Source: Geobacter metallireducens GS-15
GTDB lineage: Bacteria; Desulfobacterota; Desulfuromonadia; Geobacterales; Geobacteraceae
Reading direction: 5' to 3'
DNA: 32,000 nt
Assembly: GCF_000012925.1 (NCBI RefSeq)
Contig: NC_007517.1
Coordinates: 3,540,001 to 3,572,000 of the forward strand
Shown here: positions 1-8,748 of the stretch, piece by piece
How the letters are laid out: the number at the start of each line of letters is the position of its first letter
Position numbering within the stretch: position 1 is the first letter of the stretch
Program-made: the position numbers and the translations under genes
Notes under the pieces: generated by a model
Database searches by the model: none
What the model was told of the DNA's origin: nothing
What the model saw: only the letters and a program-made list of their open reading frames with translations

Positions 1-2105
1 AAAATAGTTAATTGCTATTTTTATTTTACGGATACAGTCAAAGGAAGTCTATGGTTAATTTGTTATATATTGCATACTAAAAACGTATGTTTTGCTAGAC
101 TCTTATTAATGGTAACTAGAGATGTCACTCTTACAATACCATTCATTATGTTTGGCGAGACTAATTTGAATCCAGTTCAAATTCGGTTTCGAATGGGTGT
201 AATTCTTCCTCTTCTCTAAATATTGGCGCCATTTCTTTATTCCCCATCCACCAATTCAATTTATCGTTAATTAATTCTGAAGTTACCCGGTACGCTTGTT
301 GTTTCTTGTCGTATTTAATAGTTCGGTAGTTACCGTTTTTGAACCTGACGACGAAGAATCTATCATCTTTTGTGTTTTGCTGTGACTGCCTCATTCCATC
401 CAAATCAATGGTTTTTTCATGCTTCAGAATGTGTTTTTCTGAATCAGATGCACTTTTTATTTTAATTTCGTAGTCTCTTTCTTTCTGTTCTATCTGTTCA
501 TCACTAAAGACGCTTCCTCTCGGGTATACTAATATTTGGCTTATTATTTGTCTTAACTCGTCACGCAATCTGATTCTAAACATTATTTTGTCATCTTCTT
601 TCACTGATTTATTCTGTGCCTTATCCAAAGTAAGCAAATTTTGCACTCTAACATCTATATTATTATTATCATATTCTGCGATGCATATTCCCTTACTCAA
701 TTTTTCTATCTCTTCAGATAGGTTTGTTTTTTCTTCTAACTTTTTCTTTATCTGTTCGTGGTAATGCTCTAATTCTGCTCTTTCAGTAATATCATCTAAA
801 AAAACATTCAACATATCAATTTGTTTTTGCACCTTCATTAGTTTGCCATTTCTTGCCGTTAAGCTTTTTCTCAGTTCATTTAATCTATTCTGGTCTGCCT
901 GTTGTTCTGCTCTAAGCACATATCTAATATCAATTTCTCTGCAATATTCAAAAAATGCTTTCTCGATCTCATTACATTTCATAGAAATGTAACTACACTT
1001 GACTCCGCGTCTTGCACTATCACATACCAGATACCTTACTTCACCTCCAACGTTATGCCTAGCAACAACATCCATACGTGAACCACAGTAACCACACCTT
1101 GTATATCCGCTAAACAAATTTTCTACTTTAGCAGTTCTACCAGGTCTATGTGCTCCGTTTTTCAATTTAGCTTGTACTGCATAGAATGTATCGGTGTCTA
1201 TAATAGGAGGAAAATAATCTTTGATTAGTTCACCGTCCGGAACCGGTTTTGAATGTTTTGAGCCAAACACATGTGGCTGAAACTCTCCAATCACAGCACT
1301 ATTGGAAAGGATTTTTCTGACGGTTGTCTGATACCAACCTATTTTTGACCTAAAAGGTTCTATTTTTTGTTTATTTAATATGGTTGATATTGCCTTTACA
1401 CCAAGACCAGATAAAGATAATTCAAATATTTGTTTTACAATTTCGACTCTGTCTTCTTTCAGTATAAAATCTTTCTTGTCAGGAGTTAGTTCAAGCCACC
1501 CTGGACAATTCGCTGTCAACTTTATATTGTGAAGATTTTTGCGCTTCAGACGCCACGCCGCACATATTCGTTCTGATTTCCGCAAGCTTTCTTCATTTGC
1601 ACGAGCCATAATACCCAAGGAAATGAATATGTTGCCGATATTCGCTTCAAATCCTTCTTTTGTGTACTCCATTTTGTCACTAAGAGTAACGATTTTGATG
1701 CCAGCGTCCAAAATCTCTTGAAATTGCTTGAAGGCTGTCAATACACTCTCTCGACTCAATCGGTCCAGCGATTCGACTAGAAGAACCGATCCTTTAGGCA
1801 CCCGTCCTTGCTTCACAAATTCGAGAAATACACCAAATTCACCTTCCTTGACATGTTCACTCGTGAAGGCGGACTTACCCAAATCTTGATAGGAATGTTT
1901 ATCATCTAGCACTAACCCGTGTTCTTCTGCGTACGTTCGGGAGAGTTGAAGCTGTCTTTCCAAGCTGCTTCCCTCTGCTTGTGTTGCTTTTGAAAACCGG
2001 ATATACGAAATACAAAGAGGTCGTTCCACGGAGAGCTTCCCTGTCTTTAATATTCAACTATGATTAATCTTTATACATTTTTCAGTAGTGCAAATCTATA
2101 CACTA
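1..2105. mobile_element. Right-hand end of an AT-rich integrated element (prophage, ICE or genomic island) that continues beyond the window start and is inserted in radC
   Basis: By eye, composition switches from roughly one-third G+C to roughly two-thirds G+C between ~2090 and ~2125. The terminal gene is a large serine recombinase whose 5' end lies ~80 bp from the junction. The host radC frame starts mid-domain at 2110, directly after an in-frame TAG (2107-2109). Confidence 0.7.
161..2029 (-). CDS. Large serine recombinase (resolvase catalytic domain, recombinase domain, zinc ribbon, coiled coil)
   Basis: 622-aa ORF with a GTG start. The N-terminus ISYIRFSKATQAEGSSLERQ fits the serine-recombinase catalytic motif (Y-x-R-x-S ... 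Q ... SL..Q). GWYQTTVRKILSNSAVIGEF fits the recombinase-domain motif. The Cys cluster CGYCGS...YLVCDSARRGVKC looks like a zinc ribbon and is followed by a K/E-rich coiled-coil stretch. Codon usage is AT-rich, unlike the rest of the window. Confidence 0.9.
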   Translation of the reverse strand: MERPLCISYIRFSKATQAEGSSLERQLQLSRTYAEEHGLVLDDKHSYQDLGKSAFTSEHVKEGEFGVFLEFVKQGRVPKGSVLLVESLDRLSRESVLTAFKQFQEILDAGIKIVTLSDKMEYTKEGFEANIGNIFISLGIMARANEESLRKSERICAAWRLKRKNLHNIKLTANCPGWLELTPDKKDFILKEDRVEIVKQIFELSLSGLGVKAISTILNKQKIEPFRSKIGWYQTTVRKILSNSAVIGEFQPHVFGSKHSKPVPDGELIKDYFPPIIDTDTFYAVQAKLKNGAHRPGRTAKVENLFSGYTRCGYCGSRMDVVARHNVGGEVRYLVCDSARRGVKCSYISMKCNEIEKAFFEYCREIDIRYVLRAEQQADQNRLNELRKSLTARNGKLMKVQKQIDMLNVFLDDITERAELEHYHEQIKKKLEEKTNLSEEIEKLSKGICIAEYDNNNIDVRVQNLLTLDKAQNKSVKEDDKIMFRIRLRDELRQIISQILVYPRGSVFSDEQIEQKERDYEIKIKSASDSEKHILKHEKTIDLDGMRQSQQNTKDDRFFVVRFKNGNYRTIKYDKKQQAYRVTSELINDKLNWWMGNKEMAPIFREEEELHPFETEFELDSN

Positions 2106-2109
2106 TTAG

Positions 2110-2337
2110 AGCATCGTTCATCCCAGGGAGGTCTTCAACCCGGCCGTGCGGGAATCGGCCGCCGCCGTGATCCTCGTCCACAACCACCCAACCGGCGACC
2201 CGGCCCCGAGCCGCGAGGACCAGGAAATCACCCGGCGTCTCCGGGAGGTGGGGGATCTCATGGGGATAAAAGTGCTCGATCACATCATCATCGGCGACGG
2301 CCGCTTCACGAGTTTCGTTTCAGCGGGCTTCATGTAG
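2110..2337 (+). pseudogene. radC: radC 3' fragment (JAB/MPN JAMM domain only); the N-terminal ~two-thirds is displaced by the insertion
   Basis: My in-frame translation is [44 protein letters not shown]...[20 protein letters not shown]. This matches the conserved RadC/YicR C-terminus, including the HNHPSG...S..D JAMM motif. The frame is closed by TAG at 2107-2109, and AT-rich foreign DNA lies upstream. Confidence 0.85.
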
Positions 2338-2347
2338 TAGCAGCGAG

Positions 2348-3232
2348 TCAGTGCCGAAGATACTTGGCAATCCCCAGCTCAAAGCACTCGGGATCGAAAC
2401 CGAAGACCTGGGGCCAGGGGCTCGCGCAGATATTCTCCTCCACGAGCATGGTGATCTGGTCCATGGTGATGGGAAAAAAGGAGAAGCCCTGCATGACTGG
2501 CACGACCAGCTTCATGATCCCCAGGGGGTTGGGGACCTTGGGCACATGCCCCTTGCCGACGATCCGGCCGATGGTATCGAGAAGGTCGTTGTAGGAGATG
2601 CGGTCGGGGCCACAGAGTTCATAGGCCTGCCCCACCGTCTCCGGCTTCTCCAGGGCCAGGACGAAACAGCGGGCCACGTCATCGGCCGCCACCGGCTGAA
2701 GCCGGTACTTGCCGTCGCCGATGACCGGCACTGCCGGGTACGACCTGATGTAACCGGCCAGCTTGTTGATGAAATCGTCCTTGGGACCGAAGACAATGGA
2801 AGGGCGGAAGATGGTCCACTCCAGCCCCGAGGCGCGCACCTCCTCCTCGGCCCGCCATTTGGTCTGATGGTACCGAGAGGTGGCGTTGGGCCGGGAGCCC
2901 AGGGCCGACATCTGGAGATGGCGCCGGATCCCCGCCCGCCGGGCCGCCTCCACGACATTTTGCGTCGCCTCCACGTGGAGTTTATCGAACGTCATTCCCC
3001 GCCCGGGAAACTCCCGGATGATCCCCACGAGATTGATGGTCGCGTCGCATCCCTCCACTGCCGTGGCAAAGGTGTCCAGCCGCGTCACGTCCCCCTCGGC
3101 CTGTTCAACCCCTGCCTCGACCCCCTCGTGCCGGCGGTGGACGAGGAGCCTGATGCGGTGCCCCGCCTCCAGCAACGCCTTCCTCACATGACCGCCGATG
3201 AAACCTGTTCCACCCGTCAGAAATATTTTCAT
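2348..3232 (-). CDS. NAD(P)-binding SDR-family epimerase/dehydratase-like protein (NDUFA9/NmrA-like)
   Basis: The internal start MKIFLTGGTGFIGGHV carries a Rossmann GxxGxxG motif and is preceded by AAGGAGGG. The 29 upstream codons of the track ORF lack support. Length is 294 aa. Confidence 0.8.
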   Translation of the reverse strand: MKIFLTGGTGFIGGHVRKALLEAGHRIRLLVHRRHEGVEAGVEQAEGDVTRLDTFATAVEGCDATINLVGIIREFPGRGMTFDKLHVEATQNVVEAARRAGIRRHLQMSALGSRPNATSRYHQTKWRAEEEVRASGLEWTIFRPSIVFGPKDDFINKLAGYIRSYPAVPVIGDGKYRLQPVAADDVARCFVLALEKPETVGQAYELCGPDRISYNDLLDTIGRIVGKGHVPKVPNPLGIMKLVVPVMQGFSFFPITMDQITMLVEENICASPWPQVFGFDPECFELGIAKYLRH

Positions 3233-3390
3233 GAAGCCCTCCTTCAGCCCAGGCGATGGTGGTGTGATGAGTGAAGTGTACCGTACTGCCGTCCATTTGC
3301 CAGCACCACGTGTATACAAGACCCTTGTGATTGACCGGCGGGTGTGTTAATAAAGAATCATTTATCGAGACATGGGGAGGATAGAAAACC

Positions 3391-3867
3391 ATGAGCGAAC
3401 AGGGTGCGGTCTGCTACACGTTCGAAGCCGCCGTTGAAATGGCGATACAAATGGAGGAAGAGGGTTTCCGGCATTATCTGGCCGCCATCAGGAAGGTGAA
3501 GCACAAGGGAGCCCGCGAGATTCTCAAGGAAGCGGCCCTTGACGAGCTTGAGCACAAGCACAGCCTGGAGCAGGCCCTCCTCGAAGGGGAGATGGAAGGG
3601 GCTGGCGCCCTTGACCGGCAGATTTCGACCATGAACCTCGGCTATGTCCTCGCCAAGAAGGAACTGAGCCCCAACTCGGACACTCGTGAGGCCCTGGCCT
3701 ACGCCATCCACCTGGAAAAGGGGTCCATGGATTTCTACAAACGGATGTCCCAGGGGTGCGCCGGTGCCCCCATGGCGGGCATCTTCGAGAAGATGCTGGC
3801 GGACGAGGCGAAACACCTGCAGCAACTGGAGGATCTGTACGAAGAGCACTTCATGACCGAAAACTGA
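3391..3867 (+). CDS. Ferritin-like diiron (rubrerythrin-family) domain protein
   Basis: 158 aa with the paired metal-ligand pattern E...ExxH twice (MEEEG ... DELEH ; HLEKG ... DEAKH). GGGGAGGA lies upstream of the ATG. Confidence 0.75.
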   Translation: MSEQGAVCYTFEAAVEMAIQMEEEGFRHYLAAIRKVKHKGAREILKEAALDELEHKHSLEQALLEGEMEGAGALDRQISTMNLGYVLAKKELSPNSDTREALAYAIHLEKGSMDFYKRMSQGCAGAPMAGIFEKMLADEAKHLQQLEDLYEEHFMTEN

Positions 3868-3997
3868 GCGGAACGCGGCTTTTGCGCCCTGGCGTTGTTG
3901 CCCTGCGCGAGCACTTGTGCGGCGTACCAAGGGGTACGCCTCCGCGTGCTTGCTCGGGCGCCTAGCCAGGACACAAAATCCACGTTCCGCAGCTCAG
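3864..3997 (+). other. About 134-nt extended imperfect hairpin immediately after (and overlapping) the stop codon of the ferritin-like gene
   Basis: Hand-paired helices: 3864-3875 with 3983-3997 (12 bp, 3-nt bulge); 3888-3893 with 3965-3970; 3905-3913 with 3951-3961 (bulged); apical 3921-3928 with 3933-3940 (8 bp, AAGG loop). Confidence 0.4.
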
Positions 3998-4012
3998 TGG
4001 TTTTTCATAAAC

Positions 4013-4050
4013 AAAAAGGGAAGAGGCTCACAGCCCCTTCCCTTTTTTCT
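4013..4050. terminator. Bidirectional intrinsic terminator between convergent genes
   Basis: AAAAAGGGAAGaGGCTcacAGCCcCTTCCCTTTTTT: a 12-bp interrupted stem flanked by an A-run and a T-run. Confidence 0.7.
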
Positions 4051-4070
4051 TGTGGCGCAGGTATTCGCGG

Positions 4071-4505
4071 TCAGGCGATTTCGACCAGCTTGATCTCGAA
4101 GACCAGGTCCCGGCCAGCCAATGGATGGTTGGCATCAAGGGTCACGGTGGTGTCGGTCATCTCCGTCACGGTCACGTTAAAGACCTGGCCGTCATCCTGG
4201 GTCACCTCGTACTGCTGCCCCAGCTTCGGCTCGGCATCCTGAGGGAGATACTCCCGCTCCACCGCGGCCACCAGCTCTTCCTGCCTGGGGCCATAGGCCT
4301 GGTCCACGGGGATCGTCACCGTCTTCGCATCGCCGGCATTCATGCCGATCACCGCCTCCTCGAAGCCGGGGATCACGTCGCCCTCGCCGATGGTGAACTC
4401 AAGGGGGCCGCTCCCGCTCTCTTCGGAAGAATCGAAGATCTCGCCGGTGGTGAGCTTGCCGGTATAGTGAACCTTGACGGTATCACCCTTTTTTGCCTGT
4501 GCCAT
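4071..4505 (-). CDS. FKBP-type peptidyl-prolyl cis-trans isomerase (SlyD/FkpB-like, no His-rich tail)
   Basis: 144 aa. KKGDTVKVHYTGKL..GEIFDSS...LEFTIGEGDVIPGFEEAVIGM..GD is the FKBP/SlyD signature with an insert-in-flap region. Confidence 0.85.
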   Translation of the reverse strand: MAQAKKGDTVKVHYTGKLTTGEIFDSSEESGSGPLEFTIGEGDVIPGFEEAVIGMNAGDAKTVTIPVDQAYGPRQEELVAAVEREYLPQDAEPKLGQQYEVTQDDGQVFNVTVTEMTDTTVTLDANHPLAGRDLVFEIKLVEIA

Positions 4506-4555
4506 GTTTGATTGTTCCTTTCACGAATTAATGAATTGTCTTCCCTGTCAGATGC

Positions 4556-4777
4556 TTACTCCTTGATCTCGAACGCCACCTTCAGCACCACCTGATATTC
4601 GGCGATCATGCCGTCGTCCCCGACATGGCCGCGGATATCCTGGACCTCGAACCAGGAGAGCTTGTCCAGCGACTTGTGAGCCTTGGCCACGGCCGCCTGG
4701 ATGGCCGCCTCCAACCCCCGCTTCGACACCCCGATAATCTCAACCTTTTTGTAAATCCTGTCGTCACCGTAGCTCAT
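4556..4777 (-). CDS. Dodecin (flavin-binding) family protein
   Basis: IYKKVEIIGVSKRGLEAAIQAAVAKAHKSLDKLSWFEVQDIRGHVGDDG.IAEYQVVLKVAFEI closely follows dodecin sequences I remember. The start is moved to the internal ATG preceded by GGAGGA. Confidence 0.8.
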   Translation of the reverse strand: MSYGDDRIYKKVEIIGVSKRGLEAAIQAAVAKAHKSLDKLSWFEVQDIRGHVGDDGMIAEYQVVLKVAFEIKE

Positions 4778-4861
4778 GGCATCCTCCGCAGCGTGAATTT
4801 TCCACAAGCTTACCACCGGGTAAAGAGGTGTAAAGGGTCGGAATCCGTCAGGAACGTCCCG

Positions 4862-5083
4862 TCACCGCGCCGGCATCGCGTTCAGCCGCTCCTTGGCCTT
4901 GGCGGCAAGCTCCGACTGGGGATGCTTTGCAATGATTTCCTCGTAGAGCTTGCGGGCATGCTCAAGATTGTGCTGCTTCTCCTCGAACTGAGCCGTCTCG
5001 AAGAGTTCCTGGGCACCTTTGCCGGAACATGCCGCCAGAGCGAGCATGCAGAAGAAAAAAGCGACAACGACACCTCGCCCCAT
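4862..5083 (-). CDS. Small lipoprotein with a TPR-like helical segment
   Basis: Signal peptide plus lipobox (FFFCMLALAAC). The internal ATG is preceded by GGGGGAGGG. The helical K/E-rich remainder (ARKLYEEIIAKHPQSELAAKAKERL) is TPR-like. Confidence 0.55.
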   Translation of the reverse strand: MGRGVVVAFFFCMLALAACSGKGAQELFETAQFEEKQHNLEHARKLYEEIIAKHPQSELAAKAKERLNAMPAR

Positions 5084-5208
5084 ATTCCCTCCCCCAATGC
5101 AACTGATCAATAGAATCAAAGCCCTCATTGCAGCGACATCTGCAGCAGGGCAAAAATTTGCAGCAGTATGAAAGAATTCTCAGCAAACGTCCAGTGAAAG
5201 TTTGGGAA

Positions 5209-5553
5209 TCAGAGTTTGACCACTCTCAGCAGATGCCCCTGCCGGGAAACCATGTGAACAGCCCGGCCCGCCACGGAGGAGCATCCGTCAAAAGGGGGTG
5301 AGGAGGTATCCTGCCCTCCCCCCTGGCTTGACCTGCGCCTCAGGTACCTGCGCCAGCAGAGGGAACAGGCCGCCGACACCGCAACCCAGATGGCAACGTG
5401 CACCAGCAGGCCGAAGCCACCCCAGAAAAGCGACCAGCCCCCAACCATAAGGGCACCGAGCCCGAACCAAACCATGGTGAACGAGGGGAAAAGAAGTTCA
5501 AAACCTATCAAGGCGAAGCCGAAGACTATCCAGTACCACCATTCGCACACCAC
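5209..5553 (-). CDS. Small membrane protein, NfeD-like N-terminal transmembrane region
   Basis: A GTG start 6 nt after GGAGGT gives VVCEWWYWIVFGFALIGFELLFPSF..WFGLGAL, which resembles the NfeD membrane segment. The C-terminal part does not clearly match the NfeD OB domain. Confidence 0.45.
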   Translation of the reverse strand: MVCEWWYWIVFGFALIGFELLFPSFTMVWFGLGALMVGGWSLFWGGFGLLVHVAIWVAVSAACSLCWRRYLRRRSSQGGGQDTSSPPFDGCSSVAGRAVHMVSRQGHLLRVVKL

Positions 5554-5634
5554 CTGTCGACCTCCACGCGCCAATATCCGTCACAACCTCCCCGAGGTGT
5601 TCTGGCGAATAATCAGCACGTTTCGTGCCGAGGG

Positions 5635-6486
5635 TCACAGTTGCCCGTCGTAACGGGCCGCGTGGTAGGAACTCCTCACGTAGGGGCCGCTCTCCACGTG
5701 GGCAAACCCCGTGGCCAGGGCCGCTGCCCGGTATCTTTCGAAACATTCGGGAGGAATGAATTCCCTGACGGGATGGTGGCTCTTGCTGGGGGCCAGGTAC
5801 TGGCCGATGCTGAGGTAGGAACACCCCACCGACCGCAGGTCGGCGAAAACCGCCAGCACCTCCTCCTCCGCCTCGCCGAGGCCGAGCATGATTCCCGACT
5901 TGCTTCGCACGACAGGGTCCAGTTCACGCAGGGTCCGGAGCACTCCAAGGGAGCGGCCGTAGTCGGCCCCGGCCCGGATTTGGTAGAGGCGCGGCACCGT
6001 CTCGACATTGTGGCCGATGATGGCCGGCGCCGAGGCGACGACCCGGGCGAGGCTCTCGCGGTTGCCGAGGTAATCAGGAATGAGGAGCTCCACCGTGGTG
6101 GCGGGAGACGCACTCCGGATGGCGGCGACGGTTTCGGCATAGTGGCCGGCACCGCCGTCGGGGAGGTCGTCCCGGGTGGGGCTCGTGATGACCACGTGGG
6201 AGAGACCAAGGCGGCGGATCGCCTCCGCAACCCGGTCCGGCTCGCCCGGGTCGGGAGGGATGGGTGTCTGTTTCGTCACGTTGCAGAAGGAGCAGAGGCG
6301 GGTGCATGCGGCCCCCAGGATGAGGAAGGTCGCCTGTCGCTCCCGGAAGCACTCGGTAATGTTGGGGCAGCGGGCCTCCTGACAGACCGTGTGAAGGCGC
6401 AGCTCCCCCAGAAGCCCCTCCATGCCGGCGTGGGCCGCGGGGTTGATCTTCTTTTGCAGCCACTGGGGCTTGCGGACGATGGTCAT
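5635..6486 (-). CDS. lipA: Lipoyl synthase
   Basis: 283 aa. It has CQEARCPNITECF and the radical-SAM motif CTRLCSFCNV. Its ATG overlaps the upstream stop (ATGA). Confidence 0.95.
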   Translation of the reverse strand: MTIVRKPQWLQKKINPAAHAGMEGLLGELRLHTVCQEARCPNITECFRERQATFLILGAACTRLCSFCNVTKQTPIPPDPGEPDRVAEAIRRLGLSHVVITSPTRDDLPDGGAGHYAETVAAIRSASPATTVELLIPDYLGNRESLARVVASAPAIIGHNVETVPRLYQIRAGADYGRSLGVLRTLRELDPVVRSKSGIMLGLGEAEEEVLAVFADLRSVGCSYLSIGQYLAPSKSHHPVREFIPPECFERYRAAALATGFAHVESGPYVRSSYHAARYDGQL

Positions 6487-7325
6487 GGCGTTTCTCCGTG
6501 CAGGTTCCAGGCAGCTTTCCCGTAACGCTCCGCGCCGAGGCGGGCCGCGGTCGCCTCTTCCTCGGCGGTGAGGACCGCAAGAACGAGGTCGACGCCGAGG
6601 CTTTCAGCAAAAGCGGCGACAAGCCGCTCCCGCAACCATGCCGAATCAGCCGTCACCCCCAGTTGGGCAAGGCTCGCGGCCCCCTCCAGGAGGCCGGCGG
6701 GAGGCTGGCGGAAAAAGGGAAGTGCCTCGGCCAGGGCGCAACGCAACGGCACCGAGCCATGTTGGAAGATCACATCCTTCAGCCGCCGCTGGGCGTTGCC
6801 GCCGATCTTTCTCCCGCCGGAAACGATATCGTATTCTTCCTGGCCGGCAAAACAAAGGGGAGTTCGCACGCCTAAGCGCTTCCCTGGCGGTTGGGAATCC
6901 ACGGCCCAGGATGCCTCGAACCCGAGAGTACCGTAAAAGCGAATGAGGAAGCCGGTGAGGGCCCGAAACGATTCCTTGACTCCCTGTGCGTCGGAAATAT
7001 GGCGCGGGGCGCAGACCACGGCATAGGTCAACTCTGCGGCGTGGTAGATAACCCCGCCGCCGGTGATCCGCCGCACCACGGGAATGCCGGCGGCCGCGCA
7101 CCGCTCCAGGTGAAGCGCATCCTCGGCCCGCTGGAACCGCCCTACGGAAAAAGCCGGTGGCTCCCACCCGTAGAGGCGGAGCACCGGCAGCGATGCAGCA
7201 GGGTCGAAATGGAGAAGAAGCGCCTCGTCCACCGCCATGTTGGCGGGGCCGTCCAGGGGGCCGGTGTCCACGAGGCGCCAGCGGGTCAGGTTGGGAGAAC
7301 CATCAGCAGCCAAAGTAGCAGACAT
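6483..7325 (-). CDS. Lipoate-protein ligase / octanoyltransferase family protein (BPL_LplA_LipB catalytic domain only)
   Basis: WRLVDTGPLDGPANMAVDEALL, RRITGGGVIYH and RKIGGNAQRR (catalytic-Lys region) are LplA/LipM-type motifs. I chose the start at ATG 7325, which overlaps the gcvPB end by 23 nt. The start is uncertain (TTG at 7313 is also possible). Confidence 0.8.
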   Translation of the reverse strand: MSATLAADGSPNLTRWRLVDTGPLDGPANMAVDEALLLHFDPAASLPVLRLYGWEPPAFSVGRFQRAEDALHLERCAAAGIPVVRRITGGGVIYHAAELTYAVVCAPRHISDAQGVKESFRALTGFLIRFYGTLGFEASWAVDSQPPGKRLGVRTPLCFAGQEEYDIVSGGRKIGGNAQRRLKDVIFQHGSVPLRCALAEALPFFRQPPAGLLEGAASLAQLGVTADSAWLRERLVAAFAESLGVDLVLAVLTAEEEATAARLGAERYGKAAWNLHGETP

Positions 7326-8748
7326 TCTGCTCCCGGGCCGCCTTGGTCTCGTCGAGGCGGGTGACCGGCATGGTCCGGGGCATCTCGGCAAAGGCGGCCG
7401 GATCGGACTCGGCCAGTTCCGCCGCCTCGCGCATGACGGCGATGAAGGCGTCCAGGGTCTCCTTGCTCTCGGTCTCGGTGGGCTCGATCATGATCGCCTC
7501 CTTGACGATGAGCGGGAAGTAGACCGTGGGAGGATGGTAGCCCCGGTCGATGAGGAACTTGGCGATGTCGATGGCATGGACGCCGCTCTTCACCTGCCGG
7601 GCCGCCGAGAAGACGCACTCGTGCATGCAGGTCTGGTCATAGGGGAGGTCGTACACGTCCTTCAGGCGGTGCATCACGTAGTTGGCGTTCAGGACCGCCT
7701 GCTCGCTCACCTGGATGAGCCCCTCGCGGCCCACCATGGTGATGTAGGCAAAGGCCTTGGCCATGACCCCGAAGTTGCCGAAGAAGCCAGAGGTACGGCC
7801 GATGCTCCCGTGGGCCGGGGCATCGACCCCGTAGCAACCGTCGTCGTATTTCACGATCCGGGGAGAGGGAAGGAAGGGGACCAGTTGCTTCTTCACCCCG
7901 ACCGGGCCGCTCCCGGGACCGCCCCCGCCGTGGGGGGTGCCGAAGGTCTTGTGAAGGTTCAGATGGATCACATCGAATCCCACGTCGCCGGGGCGGACCT
8001 TGCCGAGGATGGCGTTCAGGTTGGCGCCGTCGTAGTACATGAGGGCGTCGTGGTCGTGGGCGATGTCGCAGATCTCCTGTATGTGGGGGTTGAAGAGCCC
8101 CAGGGTGTTGGGGCAGGTCATCATGACTGCCGCCACCTCGTCGGTCATCACCTCCCGGAATCTGTCCAGGTCCATGTCGCCGTAGGGGGCCGTCGGGACG
8201 GTGATGATCTCGTATCCCACCATGGTGGCGGAGGCCGGGTTGGTGCCATGGGAGGAGTCGGGGACCACCACGTACTTCTTCTTGTTCCCCTTGGCCTCGT
8301 GGTAGGCGGCGATGAGCATGATGCCGGTCATCTCGCCGTGGGCGCCGGCCAGGGGTTGGGTGGTCACCTCGTCCATGCCGGTGATCTCGGCGAGGGCCGC
8401 CCCCAGTTCATAGGCGAGCCCCAGGCACCCCTGGCTGAAGGAAGAGCCATGGGGAAGGAGCGGCACCATGGGATGGTAGGGGGCGAAGAGCCGCGCCGCC
8501 TCCTCCAGGACCTTGGCGTTGTACTTCATGGTACAGGAGCCCAGGGGGTAAAAATTGGTGTCCACCGAGAAGTTGCGGCGGGAGAGCCCCGTGAAGTGGC
8601 GCACCACGTCCAACTCGCTCGCCTCGGGGAGTGCCGCCGGCTCCTTCCGGCGAAGCGCCGCCGGAAGCTCCGGGGCAGCGGGGACGTCACTGGCCGGGAG
8701 GCGCACTCCCCTTCGGCCCGGGACCGATTTCTCATAGATCAGCTGCAT
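7303..8748 (-). CDS. gcvPB: Glycine dehydrogenase (decarboxylating) subunit 2
   Basis: [14 protein letters not shown]... matches the typical GcvPB N-terminus, with GGAGGG 6 nt upstream. The PLP region is HLNLHKTF. It overlaps the gcvPA stop by 10 nt. Confidence 0.95.
   Translation of the reverse strand: MQLIYEKSVPGRRGVRLPASDVPAAPELPAALRRKEPAALPEASELDVVRHFTGLSRRNFSVDTNFYPLGSCTMKYNAKVLEEAARLFAPYHPMVPLLPHGSSFSQGCLGLAYELGAALAEITGMDEVTTQPLAGAHGEMTGIMLIAAYHEAKGNKKKYVVVPDSSHGTNPASATMVGYEIITVPTAPYGDMDLDRFREVMTDEVAAVMMTCPNTLGLFNPHIQEICDIAHDHDALMYYDGANLNAILGKVRPGDVGFDVIHLNLHKTFGTPHGGGGPGSGPVGVKKQLVPFLPSPRIVKYDDGCYGVDAPAHGSIGRTSGFFGNFGVMAKAFAYITMVGREGLIQVSEQAVLNANYVMHRLKDVYDLPYDQTCMHECVFSAARQVKSGVHAIDIAKFLIDRGYHPPTVYFPLIVKEAIMIEPTETESKETLDAFIAVMREAAELAESDPAAFAEMPRTMPVTRLDETKAAREQNVCYFGC

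Noticed and set aside
2088-2594. 168-aa + strand ORF crossing the element/host junction
   Set aside because: It is out of frame with the recognisable radC residues and has Arg/Pro/Gly-rich nonsense composition. It also overlaps the antisense strand of the SDR gene.
5131-5175. Three TGCAGCAG-like direct repeats, and a GG-N10-GC element resembling a sigma-54 promoter
   Set aside because: The flanks do not fit TGGCAC, and the orientation points into the antisense of the NfeD-like gene. It is probably chance, so I could not support a function.
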